Positions 28,425 to 37,783 of a stretch of 58,881 nt of DNA are shown in pieces. The stretch is from positions 1-58,881 of the IMG/VR virus record IMGVR_UViG_3300036767_001238. One strand, 5' to 3'. The translations under genes were made by a program, and so were the position numbers. Each line of letters opens with the position of its first letter. Within the stretch, counting starts at the first letter, position 1. Under the pieces are notes generated by a model. It had not been told where the DNA came from. It was given only the letters and a program-made list of their open reading frames with translations, and did no database searches. The stretch comes from a virus (Duplodnaviria; Caudoviricetes).

Positions 28425-28796
28425 TTACCGCACGATGATCCCGGCCGTCGCGAGATCAGCTTGGGCAGCTGCCTTTTCCGCCGCCTCATCGCGGTCGGGA
28501 TGGTAGATCAGGATCTTGCCGTTGACCTCTGCATCCCGCGTGATGGCGGCCACCGCAACATCACTGCCCGTGGCATCGCAGCCGTAGAGCGCGATCGCCA
28601 CGGCCGTCTGGCTGCCATCGGTCGCGCCGACGGCGCTCGCCAGATATTTGCCGCTGGCGGTGATTTTGCCGAGTACCGAGCCCGGAGCGATGATACCCGC
28701 GCCGCTGGCGATGGTGATGTTTTCTCGGGACCGCTGGCCGTTGGCCTCGGTCATCAGGAATTCGCCGGGATGCCGGCCTTCGATGAGAACGGTCAT
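28425..28796 (-). CDS. Head decoration protein (lambda gpD family)
   Basis: GEFLMTEANG.RSRE.ITI..G...PG.VLGKIT. Confidence 0.9.
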   Translation of the reverse strand: MTVLIEGRHPGEFLMTEANGQRSRENITIASGAGIIAPGSVLGKITASGKYLASAVGATDGSQTAVAIALYGCDATGSDVAVAAITRDAEVNGKILIYHPDRDEAAEKAAAQADLATAGIIVR

Positions 28797-28812
28797 GGAC
28801 GGTCTCTCCTAT

Positions 28813-29223
28813 TTAGCTGAAGCGCGCATTGGCCTGGGTGATAGCTTTCGCCCACCCGGCCGCATTTCGTTCAGACCGGTTGCGGTGATCGGCCGGGGTT
28901 TCGGCCCCGAGTTCAGCCTCTTGCGCAGCTCGGTCAGCGATGGACGTTGCTGCACTGGCCTTCGGCGAAGCGGCCAGAACCTTGGCCGCGTCGGCCGCCG
29001 TCATTTCAGTTTCAAGCGCCAACACCAAGGCTTGCGCTTCCCGACCTTCCGTTTCCGGAGCGGTCAGGATGACTTTGATCCGCGCTGTGGCCTCCGCCTT
29101 ACCGGCAGTAACGCCAGCCACATGGGCCTCCGTCCGCGCGGCTTCGACAGCCGCCTGTAAATCTGCGGGGCTGATGGCAGCGACGTCACTCGCGGGCGCC
29201 TCGCTTTGGGGTGTTTTGGTCAT
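28813..29223 (-). CDS. Nested in-frame scaffolding protein (lambda Nu3-like)
   Basis: Strong internal RBS AAAGGGAGGA before ATG (MTKTPQ...); Ala/Glu-rich helical tail. Confidence 0.65.
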   Translation of the reverse strand: MTKTPQSEAPASDVAAISPADLQAAVEAARTEAHVAGVTAGKAEATARIKVILTAPETEGREAQALVLALETEMTAADAAKVLAASPKASAATSIADRAAQEAELGAETPADHRNRSERNAAGWAKAITQANARFS

Positions 29224-30150
29224 AGGTCCTCCCTTTCTCTGGGGGCTTGCCCCGGAGGGCGGTTGCGAGAGCGCGGCGATCACCTCCTCAAGGCTCGCCA
29301 TGCGATCAGCGAGGCCCTGGGCGATGGCATCGGCGCCAAGATAGGTGCGAGCTTCTGTCGCCCGGATAGCCTCAGAACTGATCCGACCGGCGCGCCCTTC
29401 GGCCACGAGACCGACGAACTGGTCGTAGATTTTCAGGACCTCGGCCTGCAGGTCTGCGCGTACGGCGTCTGACAGCGGCCCAAACGGGTGGCCGTCGACC
29501 TTGTGGGCACCAGCATGGATCAGCGTTGGCTTCACGCCGCGATCCTCAAGCTCGCCTGAGCGATCGAGATGGGTCAGCACCACACCGATCGAGCCGACCA
29601 TCGAGGTGGGCGAGACGATGATTTCCGAGGCCGCACTGGCGATGCCATAGGCGGCCGACGCTGCGACATCATTTACAAAGGCCACGACAGGTTTGGTCTT
29701 GTTGACGGCACTGACCAGCTTGGCCGTGGCAAACATGCCCGTGGCCTCGCCGCCAGGGCTGTCGATATCCAAGAGGATTGCCCGCACATCCGGGTCGGCT
29801 TCCGCCTCGCGCAACTGTGCTGCAATCCCCTCATAGGACACGAGGCCCGAACTGGCGCCGATCCAGGCACCACGGTTCACCAAGCTGCCGACGATCGGCA
29901 GGATGGCGACGCCGTTTTCGAGGCGCATCGTGCTGAAGTTGCCATTGTCGCGGCGGTAGCTGCCCACGAAGCGGTTCGCCTGTGGGTCCAGCGCCGACAA
30001 TGGCTCGATCCCGATCCGCCCCTGCAGCACGTGCAGGATCAGATCAGCCTTGTCTGGATGCAGAAGCAGCGGCCGGTTAAGAACGCGTCCTGCGATCTGT
30101 GCGAGAGACGGACCTGCCGCGGCTCGTTTTATATCGGGCGGTTCCGTCAC
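28813..30150 (-). CDS. S49 prohead protease (lambda gpC-like)
   Basis: IDSPGGE, AASAAY, GSIGV, GAHKVDG; GTG start at 30150 coupled to the upstream stop. Confidence 0.93.
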   Translation of the reverse strand: MTEPPDIKRAAAGPSLAQIAGRVLNRPLLLHPDKADLILHVLQGRIGIEPLSALDPQANRFVGSYRRDNGNFSTMRLENGVAILPIVGSLVNRGAWIGASSGLVSYEGIAAQLREAEADPDVRAILLDIDSPGGEATGMFATAKLVSAVNKTKPVVAFVNDVAASAAYGIASAASEIIVSPTSMVGSIGVVLTHLDRSGELEDRGVKPTLIHAGAHKVDGHPFGPLSDAVRADLQAEVLKIYDQFVGLVAEGRAGRISSEAIRATEARTYLGADAIAQGLADRMASLEEVIAALSQPPSGASPQRKGGPMTKTPQSEAPASDVAAISPADLQAAVEAARTEAHVAGVTAGKAEATARIKVILTAPETEGREAQALVLALETEMTAADAAKVLAASPKASAATSIADRAAQEAELGAETPADHRNRSERNAAGWAKAITQANARFS

Positions 30151-30407
30151 CTCACCCCTCCTGTACCAAGTGCAAAGCGCCGCGGACCGCGGCCCTGCAG
30201 CTGGGCGCATTGTTCCTCAAAGCAGCGAATGACCGCCAAAAGCCGGTCGGGATGCGCCCGGTGATAGGTCACCGACCGTTCCACCCCGTTTGATCCCGCC
30301 CGGAACCGCACCTCCATGGCGCCTTCGCCCGCCACCAGACGCACATAGACCTGGCGAAGGCTGGCAGCGGCAGCGCAAGGATCCGCTTCATCGATGCTGA
30401 TCGTCAT
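30147..30407 (-). CDS. Head completion/adaptor (lambda gpW-like)
   Basis: 86 aa; RSVTY...L...I...E motif; adjacent to the portal gene. Confidence 0.7.
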   Translation of the reverse strand: MTISIDEADPCAAAASLRQVYVRLVAGEGAMEVRFRAGSNGVERSVTYHRAHPDRLLAVIRCFEEQCAQLQGRGPRRFALGTGGVR

Positions 30408-32026
30408 GCCTTGGCCTCATCGCCCGTGTTGTCCTGTTCATCTGAGGCCGCCGTCGGGCCACCACCCTGCGCCCCCATCATCTGCGGCTCGGGCAGCCCG
30501 TACTCGGCACGAAGTGCTCGTTCTTGGGCCAGTTGCTGATAGACATCGTCCACATCCGCCCCGAGATCGGTGCAGATCATCGCGTCCGACATCACGCCGA
30601 GCCGCTTCCAGACCTCATGCGCCTTGGCCTTCTTCAGATCATCCGCCTGTGGTCGCGGATCACCGCGCCATTCCGCGCGGCACGCCGCCGTGCGATTGGC
30701 CAAGAACCCGGCAATGCCACCGGGAAACGGCAGGCTTCCCGCCTCGATCTCTTCTTCAAGCCAGGCCTCGTAGATCGGCTGGCAGAACGGCGCCATGATA
30801 TTGCGCCGCCGCGCCTTGGTGATGGCAAAGATCTCCGTCGTTGCCGCTTGCAGCGACGAATAGGTCGCCCCCACATTGTCACCCGTGGCGCTTTCATAGG
30901 TCAGCCCCAGGCACCGCGCGAGTTCACGCAGCAGGTGCATCGAGAAGGCGGCATAGTCCGAAGACGGGTGGTTCGAGGTGTGGAACGTCAGCTCCTGGCC
31001 CGGGAAGAGGTGGGCCAAGCGGCCGTTGATGCCCACATCCAGCGTGCTGCCATCATAATAGCCCGCCACCATTTCGATATAGGCCTCCATCGGCGAGATG
31101 CCCTGGGCCAGCATCTGCGCCTGTTCCTGCGGCGTCAGCAGACCCTGCAGCACCTGTTCCGTCGGCTCATCCGAGGTGATGGTCACCGCAAACAGCGTCT
31201 GCACGATCGCCGCCATCAGCGTGGCATCCGCCAGCTGATCGAATTGCCGCGCGACCTGCAGCGCCGGTACCAGAGGCGAGATGCCCCGATGCGTGCCTGG
31301 CGCCCCTTCGAAGATGTGGATCACGCGAGGCCGGCCCGCAGCATCGCGGGCGCGGACGTCATATTCGACGTCGTGTTGGAACAGGTCCTTGCGGATCGCG
31401 CGGTAGCCCACGGGCATGCCATCGGCATCCGTATAGATCCCGTTGATCAGCCGCCGCATGCTTTCGGTCTTGCGCGACAGGCGTTGCGGCGGAAGCAGAC
31501 GCACCTTGGTGCCGTAGCGGTTCCACGGCCGCTTGCGCCAAGGCAGTTCGGCAAGGATTTCGCCGGTGACCAGCCAGGAACGGAAGGCGGCTGCCTGCAT
31601 CTGCCCAAAGGTCCGCAAACCCTGAATATCGCATTCCTGGGCGTTGCGCGCCCAAAGCTCGAAGCGCCGCTCCACCGTCTTGGCCCAGTCTGACGCCTCT
31701 ACAGGCGTCATGCCGAAGGTCTCGTTCTCTGGCAGCGCCTTCAGCTGCAGGCCTGTGCCCACCGTATTGGCGACACATTGCTCCAGCGCACCGGCCAGCC
31801 AGCCGCTGTTGTGCAGAAGGTCATTGACCCTTGCCGCCGCGTCATCCCAGGCCTCACCGATATCATCCTGCGCCTCGCGCAGCGCCGGTTTCCAACCGGC
31901 GAAGGTCACGCCCCGCCCGCCGCGCATGTATTTGCCGGAGGGTCTGGGGAGGCTCATCCCCTCCGGCCCAGCCGCCGGAGGCAGCGCCTCAGCCAGCAGG
32001 TCTTTCAACTTTGCGATCACGGACAT
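30404..32026 (-). CDS. Portal protein, lambda family
   Basis: N.VGTGL, RGISPL.P, GL.YE..TGD...A.YSS. Confidence 0.95.
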   Translation of the reverse strand: MSVIAKLKDLLAEALPPAAGPEGMSLPRPSGKYMRGGRGVTFAGWKPALREAQDDIGEAWDDAAARVNDLLHNSGWLAGALEQCVANTVGTGLQLKALPENETFGMTPVEASDWAKTVERRFELWARNAQECDIQGLRTFGQMQAAAFRSWLVTGEILAELPWRKRPWNRYGTKVRLLPPQRLSRKTESMRRLINGIYTDADGMPVGYRAIRKDLFQHDVEYDVRARDAAGRPRVIHIFEGAPGTHRGISPLVPALQVARQFDQLADATLMAAIVQTLFAVTITSDEPTEQVLQGLLTPQEQAQMLAQGISPMEAYIEMVAGYYDGSTLDVGINGRLAHLFPGQELTFHTSNHPSSDYAAFSMHLLRELARCLGLTYESATGDNVGATYSSLQAATTEIFAITKARRRNIMAPFCQPIYEAWLEEEIEAGSLPFPGGIAGFLANRTAACRAEWRGDPRPQADDLKKAKAHEVWKRLGVMSDAMICTDLGADVDDVYQQLAQERALRAEYGLPEPQMMGAQGGGPTAASDEQDNTGDEAKA

Positions 32027-32031
32027 GTGCG

Positions 32032-34095
32032 TTATCCATTCAGCCTGCTGCCATGGCGGGCAAACCGCCCGCGCAGAGCGCCGCTGCGACTGCTGCCTGG
32101 GAAGGAGCGCGATGCCGGCGGCGGCGCCTTTGATGTCTCAGGCTCAGGTGCTGTCACCCAGGTTGGGTCATGCCCGTCGGGCACTGCGGCCTCCAGAGTG
32201 GTCTGTCGTTCGATCCCCTCCGGGATGCGCTGGACGTTCAGCGTGTATCCGATGGCCGCACAGAGCGCCTCGCAGTCCAGAAAGTGGTTGTTGCGCGACC
32301 GTTTCACCCAGATGGGCTTGCCCTCGACCACGACCCGCACCTCCGAGGTCAGCTGCTTGCAGTAATCCTCCGAGACCGCTTCATGGACATGAAACGCCCC
32401 CGGCTGATCGGCCGGCGTGCGGATGCGCGACATCACCAGCGATTTAAAGAAGTCGGTCGAGAGCGTCACGAGGTCGATCGAATAGAGCGCCTTCTTGCCA
32501 TCGGGCTTCACCTCGATCTTAGACACCCGATAGGGCGGGCTCTGGACGTCCTTGCCCTTCGTCGGGGCGCAGAGCCAGCTGTAGCGCCGGCAGAACTCGT
32601 AGACCTTGTGCTCGTTGCCAAGCTCCGGCTTGTCCGGCCGGAAGCCGGAGTCCACGAACACCTTCTCGATCTGCATGCCGCCCACCGGCGTCAGCATCAG
32701 GTCCGCAAGAGCCGACCAGACGTCGTCATCCTCCGTTGGGCCGTAAAGCTGGCCGTTGTCGATGAGCCAGGACGTGCCCCGCGCCCCAAAAGCCCGGATC
32801 ACATAGACCAGGCTGAACTTCTGGACGTCGACGCCCATGACCAGCCGCAATCCGCCCGCGGGCACATCGCCCGGCCGGTAGGGCTGGCGGCGTTCCATGA
32901 TTTCCTGCCAGTCGGGCACATCGCCCGAGGCGGTCATGGCGTAGCATTCGCCAAAGCCCGCATTCATCGCCGTCTGGATCCGGTCGTGATCGCCCGATCC
33001 AAGTGCGGTGAGGTAAGTCTCCGCCCGCTGACCCCAGCTCACGAAGGGCGAGCAGAGCCCCGAGGTCCACATCGACAGCGTGGCGCTCTCCGCCGGTGCG
33101 CCGGTGACATGCGGGCCATCGTCTTTCAGTTCAACCTGCTGTCCCGGCGCGACCATCGCGCCGTGCGCATTCATCCAACCCTTATCGGCCTCGCTATGCT
33201 GGCCGCCGCAGCGTGGACATTCCAGTGTCGCGGCCTGCTTGGCCTGCGCCGGCGTCGCGCGCTCGGGCCAGCGCAGCTGCTTGAAGCGCGGGATGAAGTA
33301 TTCGTAGCAGTGTCGGCAGGGCCAGACCCAGTGATGCCGCGTACCTTCCTGCCAGAGCTTCCAGATTGGGCTTTCGAGATCCTCCGGCGCCGAGCGCGCC
33401 CAGAACTCGAGGCCACTCGATACGTCCGGTTCGATTTCCACGAGGCCCCGCGCCGGTGTGCTGGTGATTGCCGTCACAAAATCGGCATAGGTTTCGCCCC
33501 GCGCCTCGACGAGGCCCAGAACATCCCCTTGGCCTTTCACATTGGCCATCATCTCATCGTATTCGTCGATCAGCGCCAAGGCGGCGGGGTCGGATTTCAG
33601 GGCTGTGGAGGAGCCCGCATGCGCGAGGCGCAACCGAACGCCGGCCACATGTTTCAGCGTTTTCTTCATCCGGCGGCCGCGCACAACCTTGTTTGCCAGC
33701 GTGTCGGCCTCATCAAGAAGTGCCATCAGCCGCGGTTCGAACTGGTCGGTCAGAAACTCCTTCGTCGGTCCCACATAGAGGATTGGTGCCGGGCGCTGAT
33801 CGAGCCTTGCGCCGATAATGTCCAGCATGCTGTCGGTCTTGCCCGACTGCGCCGAAGTCACCGCCACCACCCGGCGATAGCCGCCGCGATGCACAGCGGC
33901 CGACCATGGGATCATGTAAGGCGTGAGCCCCGGATCACGGGGGCCGGGAATGCCGGCAGTTTCTGGATAAATCCGGTGTGCGGCCGCCCAAGGGGCCGGG
34001 TCACGTTTCTCGCTCGGCCTCCAGATCGCCGCTGCCAGCGACCAGAGCTGCGCCTGCTTTGTCGGCCGCCCCTGCAATACGTTCAAGCGCGCCAT
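32032..34095 (-). CDS. Terminase large subunit (lambda gpA family); start approximate
   Basis: TPYM, SAQSGKT Walker A, IDEYD, STP, CxxC pairs, GVDVQ, VDSG, RNNHFLDC. Confidence 0.95.
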   Translation of the reverse strand: MARLNVLQGRPTKQAQLWSLAAAIWRPSEKRDPAPWAAAHRIYPETAGIPGPRDPGLTPYMIPWSAAVHRGGYRRVVAVTSAQSGKTDSMLDIIGARLDQRPAPILYVGPTKEFLTDQFEPRLMALLDEADTLANKVVRGRRMKKTLKHVAGVRLRLAHAGSSTALKSDPAALALIDEYDEMMANVKGQGDVLGLVEARGETYADFVTAITSTPARGLVEIEPDVSSGLEFWARSAPEDLESPIWKLWQEGTRHHWVWPCRHCYEYFIPRFKQLRWPERATPAQAKQAATLECPRCGGQHSEADKGWMNAHGAMVAPGQQVELKDDGPHVTGAPAESATLSMWTSGLCSPFVSWGQRAETYLTALGSGDHDRIQTAMNAGFGECYAMTASGDVPDWQEIMERRQPYRPGDVPAGGLRLVMGVDVQKFSLVYVIRAFGARGTSWLIDNGQLYGPTEDDDVWSALADLMLTPVGGMQIEKVFVDSGFRPDKPELGNEHKVYEFCRRYSWLCAPTKGKDVQSPPYRVSKIEVKPDGKKALYSIDLVTLSTDFFKSLVMSRIRTPADQPGAFHVHEAVSEDYCKQLTSEVRVVVEGKPIWVKRSRNNHFLDCEALCAAIGYTLNVQRIPEGIERQTTLEAAVPDGHDPTWVTAPEPETSKAPPPASRSFPGSSRSGALRGRFARHGSRLNG

Positions 34096-34498
34096 CGATC
34101 ACCTCTTCGAGCGCGCGCCGCGCCTCCATATCGCGCGTGTAGCGCGCCGCGAGACCGACAAGCTCTGCCCGCACCAGCGCCGCCATCTCGCCCACCACGG
34201 CCTTTGCATCCTCCATCGGGATCAACTCCCGGCTGCGTTCCTGGATTCTGAGTTCAATTTCACGCGTGCGCGCTTCCGTGGCCCGGCTGGCCACCGCGGC
34301 CTTATTGTTCTTTGAAAGCTGGTCTTCGTAATAGGCGAGTGCCCCGCGAATGACGCCGACCAGCGTGTATTCCCCGCGCTGTGCCCGATCCATGTAGCCC
34401 GATTTGACCAGCCCCTGGACCCAGCGGTCCGAGCGACCCAGCAGGGCCGCGGCTTGAGAGACCGTAATGGTTTGGCCGCGCGTACGAGGTTCAGACAT
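34001..34498 (-). CDS. Terminase small subunit (Nu1-like)
   Basis: N-terminal wHTH (VSQAAALLGRSDRWVQGL) and coiled coil; directly upstream of TerL. Confidence 0.85.
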   Translation of the reverse strand: MSEPRTRGQTITVSQAAALLGRSDRWVQGLVKSGYMDRAQRGEYTLVGVIRGALAYYEDQLSKNNKAAVASRATEARTREIELRIQERSRELIPMEDAKAVVGEMAALVRAELVGLAARYTRDMEARRALEEVIDGALERIAGAADKAGAALVAGSGDLEAERET

Positions 34499-34545
34499 CA
34501 AGCTGCCTCCTGTTCAATACGGGAGGACAGTTGCTCTTCCCGTTA

Positions 34546-35646
34546 TTATCGGCGGAACCGGCGGATCAGACCGGGCGCTGCCGCATAACTCGCAAAGAAC
34601 AGCACCCCGAAGATCACAACGGCCAGAAACGCATTCTGATTTTGGTTCCACAGCAGCACACCCGCGATTGGCGGTGCGATGACGAAGGGCAACAAGACCA
34701 GTGTCGTGAGCGGGTTTGCAATTTGACGCCGGTTTCGGCCGAGGATGCATATTTCCAGTGCGCGCATCACCATTTGATGCACATGCAACCGATCCGGGGC
34801 CGAAACGTCCTTGTTTCTGCGAGACCTCCGATAGATCGCCAGCAGCGTATCAGCCACAGGCCAATACATCGTGAGCAAAATGGCCCAGGGCGAGACATCA
34901 GGCGCATTGAGCAGAACCGCTATTCCGAACCAACTCAGCACAAATCCGATGGTGTATGCCCCAGCATCGCCGAGGAAGATCAGACCAAAGGGATAGTTCA
35001 CGAGGAAGAACCCGAATATCCCTGCGGCAACCATCATCGCGAGGTGGACCATCGTGGCGTAGCCTGCCAGCTCCGCGATTTGGCTCAGGGCCATGGCTGC
35101 TGCGATAGCCGTCATAGACGCGAGGCCGTTCACCCCATCAATTAGGTTGAAGCCGTTTGCGATACCTGCCGTCACCAGAAGGGTAAGCGGAACGCCGACC
35201 GCCCAGTGCGCTACCAGCAGGTCTAGCCCAGGGATTCCGGCACGTGGCAGCCAAACGCCCAAGAGCCAGATCGCCAGCAAACTCGCGCCCATGGCAGACA
35301 ACATCCGCCGTCGAGGCGACATGTGGAACCCAAGGTCCTCTGCCAGCCCCACAACAAAGAGGAGCGAGGTCGCAAGAACGAAATTGGCATACGGCCCAGA
35401 AATTGAAACGGGAGCAAAGATCACGCTCAGACCCAGTGCACCAAAGATCGCCACGCCCCCAACACGTGGGGTGAGCCGCGTGTGCATGGACTGAACCGCC
35501 CGCAAGTCATCCGTACGCCCGCTCAGGCGCGGAAACCGAGAGCGCAGCAAAACAACCACAGCACAAATCACAAACGCAAGCGCGGCCAAAACAAACTCGT
35601 GCCATTCGAAATGCAACATGGCGTTGTGAACCAAGGGCGGCCCCAA
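34546..35646 (-). CDS. WecA/WbpL/MraY-family (GT4) undecaprenyl-phosphate sugar-1-phosphate transferase (alternative start 35619)
   Basis: PRVGG, NGFNLIDGVNGL, FLGDAG, DTL..I.RR, PDRLHVH; multiple TM helices. Confidence 0.92.
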   Translation of the reverse strand: MGPPLVHNAMLHFEWHEFVLAALAFVICAVVVLLRSRFPRLSGRTDDLRAVQSMHTRLTPRVGGVAIFGALGLSVIFAPVSISGPYANFVLATSLLFVVGLAEDLGFHMSPRRRMLSAMGASLLAIWLLGVWLPRAGIPGLDLLVAHWAVGVPLTLLVTAGIANGFNLIDGVNGLASMTAIAAAMALSQIAELAGYATMVHLAMMVAAGIFGFFLVNYPFGLIFLGDAGAYTIGFVLSWFGIAVLLNAPDVSPWAILLTMYWPVADTLLAIYRRSRRNKDVSAPDRLHVHQMVMRALEICILGRNRRQIANPLTTLVLLPFVIAPPIAGVLLWNQNQNAFLAVVIFGVLFFASYAAAPGLIRRFRR

Positions 35647-35739
35647 TCAAAGATTTGAGATAAGTCTCAGGATGATATGGAGCCTAATAGGCCAATCGGC
35701 CCAATATCGCCAACACCGTAAAGCAACGAGGTGCTTCTA

Positions 35740-35750
35740 CCCCCCCCCCC
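35740..35750. repeat. C11/G11 homopolymer upstream of the GT4 gene
   Basis: Run of 11 C in intergenic DNA. Confidence 0.85.
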
Positions 35751-35798
35751 GTTACATTTTTGCAACACGGCAAGGCGCGATCTGCCGTTGGCGCCTTG

Positions 35799-36011
35799 TC
35801 ATAGCCTACAGCGGTTGAACAGCCGACGCAGAGCATAACCACGGATCAATGATACGGCTGTAAAGATCAGCCCAAGACCGAGGTTCTCGACCACGCCGAC
35901 GCGCAGGCCAAAGGTCGGAAACACAGCGAACTGCGTGGCAACCGCCAACGCGTAGCCCACCACCGTGTTGGTCGCGGCCTCAATCAGCGACCCGCGTCTT
36001 GATTGCGCCAT
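35799..36011 (-). CDS. Small two-TM phage membrane protein
   Basis: QSRRGSLIEA.TN..VGY...FT..SL.RGY.LRRLF, a motif common near phage methylase genes. Confidence 0.8.
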   Translation of the reverse strand: MAQSRRGSLIEAATNTVVGYALAVATQFAVFPTFGLRVGVVENLGLGLIFTAVSLIRGYALRRLFNRCRL

Positions 36012-36114
36012 GATCCCCTCTAAGGCAATGTAATTGCTACGATTATAGTGGATATACTGGATCTTCAGAGCGAAGATTCCTTGACGCAAACGACGCACTC
36101 CAAGGACCTCGCCC

Positions 36115-36297
36115 ATGACCATCGCCGAACGCTACAACGCCGCCGCCGCAAAACTTTTGCCGCATATGGCTGCCGACCTGGAGGTCGACCCTGCCATCAC
36201 CGACGCCAACCACATCGACGAGATTGTCTTTCGCCGCAGCGAATTCCTCGGCGGCATGGCCATCGCGATCCTCGCCATGATCGACCAGCAGAACTGA
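36115..36297 (+). CDS. Small hypothetical protein
   Basis: AAGGA RBS; first gene of the plus-strand cluster. Confidence 0.7.
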   Translation: MTIAERYNAAAAKLLPHMAADLEVDPAITDANHIDEIVFRRSEFLGGMAIAILAMIDQQN

Positions 36298-36308
36298 GGG
36301 ACCCAAAC

Positions 36309-36527
36309 ATGAGTGCCATTACCACCATCCGCATTTACCACGACACGCTGCCCGCGCATTTCGATCGTTCACGGCCGGATGCTGTTGCGGAGGCCATCCA
36401 GACAGCACTGCGCGAAGATGGGGTCGCCGCTCAAGCCTCCGACGTTTTCTCGCATCTGAAGATTGAACTGCCCACAAACCAGTTGGTCGAGGCAAGCCGC
36501 GTTTTAGCCGAACTTCATCTCATTTGA
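36309..36527 (+). CDS. Small hypothetical protein
   Basis: GAGGGA RBS, ATG 36309. Confidence 0.7.
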   Translation: MSAITTIRIYHDTLPAHFDRSRPDAVAEAIQTALREDGVAAQASDVFSHLKIELPTNQLVEASRVLAELHLI

Positions 36528-36539
36528 CGGAAAACACTG

Positions 36540-36824
36540 ATGAGCACCCGCGCACAGATCGCGATCGAGACTGGGCCCGATGAATGGGCCCATGTTTACT
36601 GCCATTACGACGGCTACCCAGAGCACATGTTGCCCGCGCTGGCGCCTTGGACGCCCGAGGACATCCTCGCCGCTCGCGAAATCCGACAGGTTCGTGCCGA
36701 CGCGCTGGACTGTTTCGATCCGCCGCGCGCGCCCCGCATCCTGCCGCGCCCGACATGCGAGCTCTCGCATCTCTACATCTGGCAAGACAGCGGCTGGGTC
36801 GATTTTACGGACCGCGCCGAATGA
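36540..36824 (+). CDS. Conserved phage hypothetical protein (MSTR...Y.H.DGYP motif)
   Basis: MSTRAQIAI...VYCHYDGYP. Confidence 0.75.
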   Translation: MSTRAQIAIETGPDEWAHVYCHYDGYPEHMLPALAPWTPEDILAAREIRQVRADALDCFDPPRAPRILPRPTCELSHLYIWQDSGWVDFTDRAE

Positions 36825-36926
36825 TCCAATAGCAATAATAGAACACTGATTTTGCTACACTTTCCGACGCGATCGAGCGACTCTGACCTCACAGAACGAG
36901 ACGCAACTCAGCCCACGGAGAACAAA

Positions 36927-37274
36927 ATGACCAACCCCGCCGCCCCCCTGATCGCCGACTTTCGCACCCGCGCAGATGAGATTGACCGCCTGCTGGCCCC
37001 AACTGGCTGCGCCACGATCGCCTCGCACAACTGGATCGTCATCGACGATTTCGGGCCGCTGACCTTCACCTTGACGCCCGAGGGCAAGAAGCACCGCGCG
37101 ATCTGCACCGGGCATGGCAGCGCACACAAGGTCAATCGCTTCACCCGCGAGGACGCTGAGCGCCTTGCCATAGCCTGCAATGCCCGCGCGGTTTTCTGGG
37201 CCGATGCTGCGCGCGAAGAGGCCACAACACTGCGGCAGCACATCGCCACGCTGGAAGCGGCAACAGCGGCCTGA
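36927..37274 (+). CDS. Hypothetical protein
   Basis: GGAG RBS before ATG 36927. Confidence 0.7.
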   Translation: MTNPAAPLIADFRTRADEIDRLLAPTGCATIASHNWIVIDDFGPLTFTLTPEGKKHRAICTGHGSAHKVNRFTREDAERLAIACNARAVFWADAAREEATTLRQHIATLEAATAA

Positions 37275-37289
37275 GCTAAGGAAAAACCA

Positions 37290-37691
37290 ATGATCAATGC
37301 CGCCACTCTTCCCAGCCGCAACACCGATCACGGGTTCTTCGGAACCCTGACCACCTGCCCGGAGCGCGACAGGCGCACGAGCGAGGTCTGGATCCTCGCC
37401 AGCCGCCTGATCGCCCAAGCCGTCAACGCCACCTCCGAGGAGGAGATGATCGGCATCCGCGACTTCCTTGATAGCCGATCGGGGCGACATTTCGCGGACG
37501 AGGTGGTAGGCGCGCTCCAGTGCGGTGCGCCGGATTGCGAAGCCGCCATCGCCGCCGCTATAGCCAAATGGCAGGACTGGCGCATCACCCGCGCAACAGA
37601 GCGCAGCGACGGAATTCCCGCTGGCCTGCCTTACCTCACGGGCTGGGTTCAGCATTTCGTGGTCACCGCCAGCATGGAAGAGCAGCACTGA
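37290..37691 (+). CDS. Hypothetical protein (N..GFFGT...FLDS..GRHFAD family)
   Basis: AAGGA RBS; 133 aa. Confidence 0.75.
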   Translation: MINAATLPSRNTDHGFFGTLTTCPERDRRTSEVWILASRLIAQAVNATSEEEMIGIRDFLDSRSGRHFADEVVGALQCGAPDCEAAIAAAIAKWQDWRITRATERSDGIPAGLPYLTGWVQHFVVTASMEEQH

Positions 37692-37710
37692 ACCAGCGCC
37701 GAACCGACCC

Positions 37711-37734
37711 AGCCCGCCCGCGTGGCGGGCTTTC
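37711..37734 (+). terminator. Hairpin/terminator after the plus-strand cluster
   Basis: agcccgcc cgcgt ggcgggct ttc. Confidence 0.45.
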
Positions 37735-37783
37735 GGCAGTATAAGGCGTCGCATGCTGCCGCGCCGAACTGCCGGAGAAGACC

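Noticed and set aside
32170-34251. 693-aa plus-strand ORF, and similar long antisense ORFs at 9336, 19212, 30524, 39726 and 52411
   Set aside because: Shadow frames of GC-rich minus-strand genes with no protein motifs
10768-34498. Gene transfer agent or tailocin
   Set aside because: Replication, repressor, integrase, cos and capsid genes are all present, so it is a full prophage
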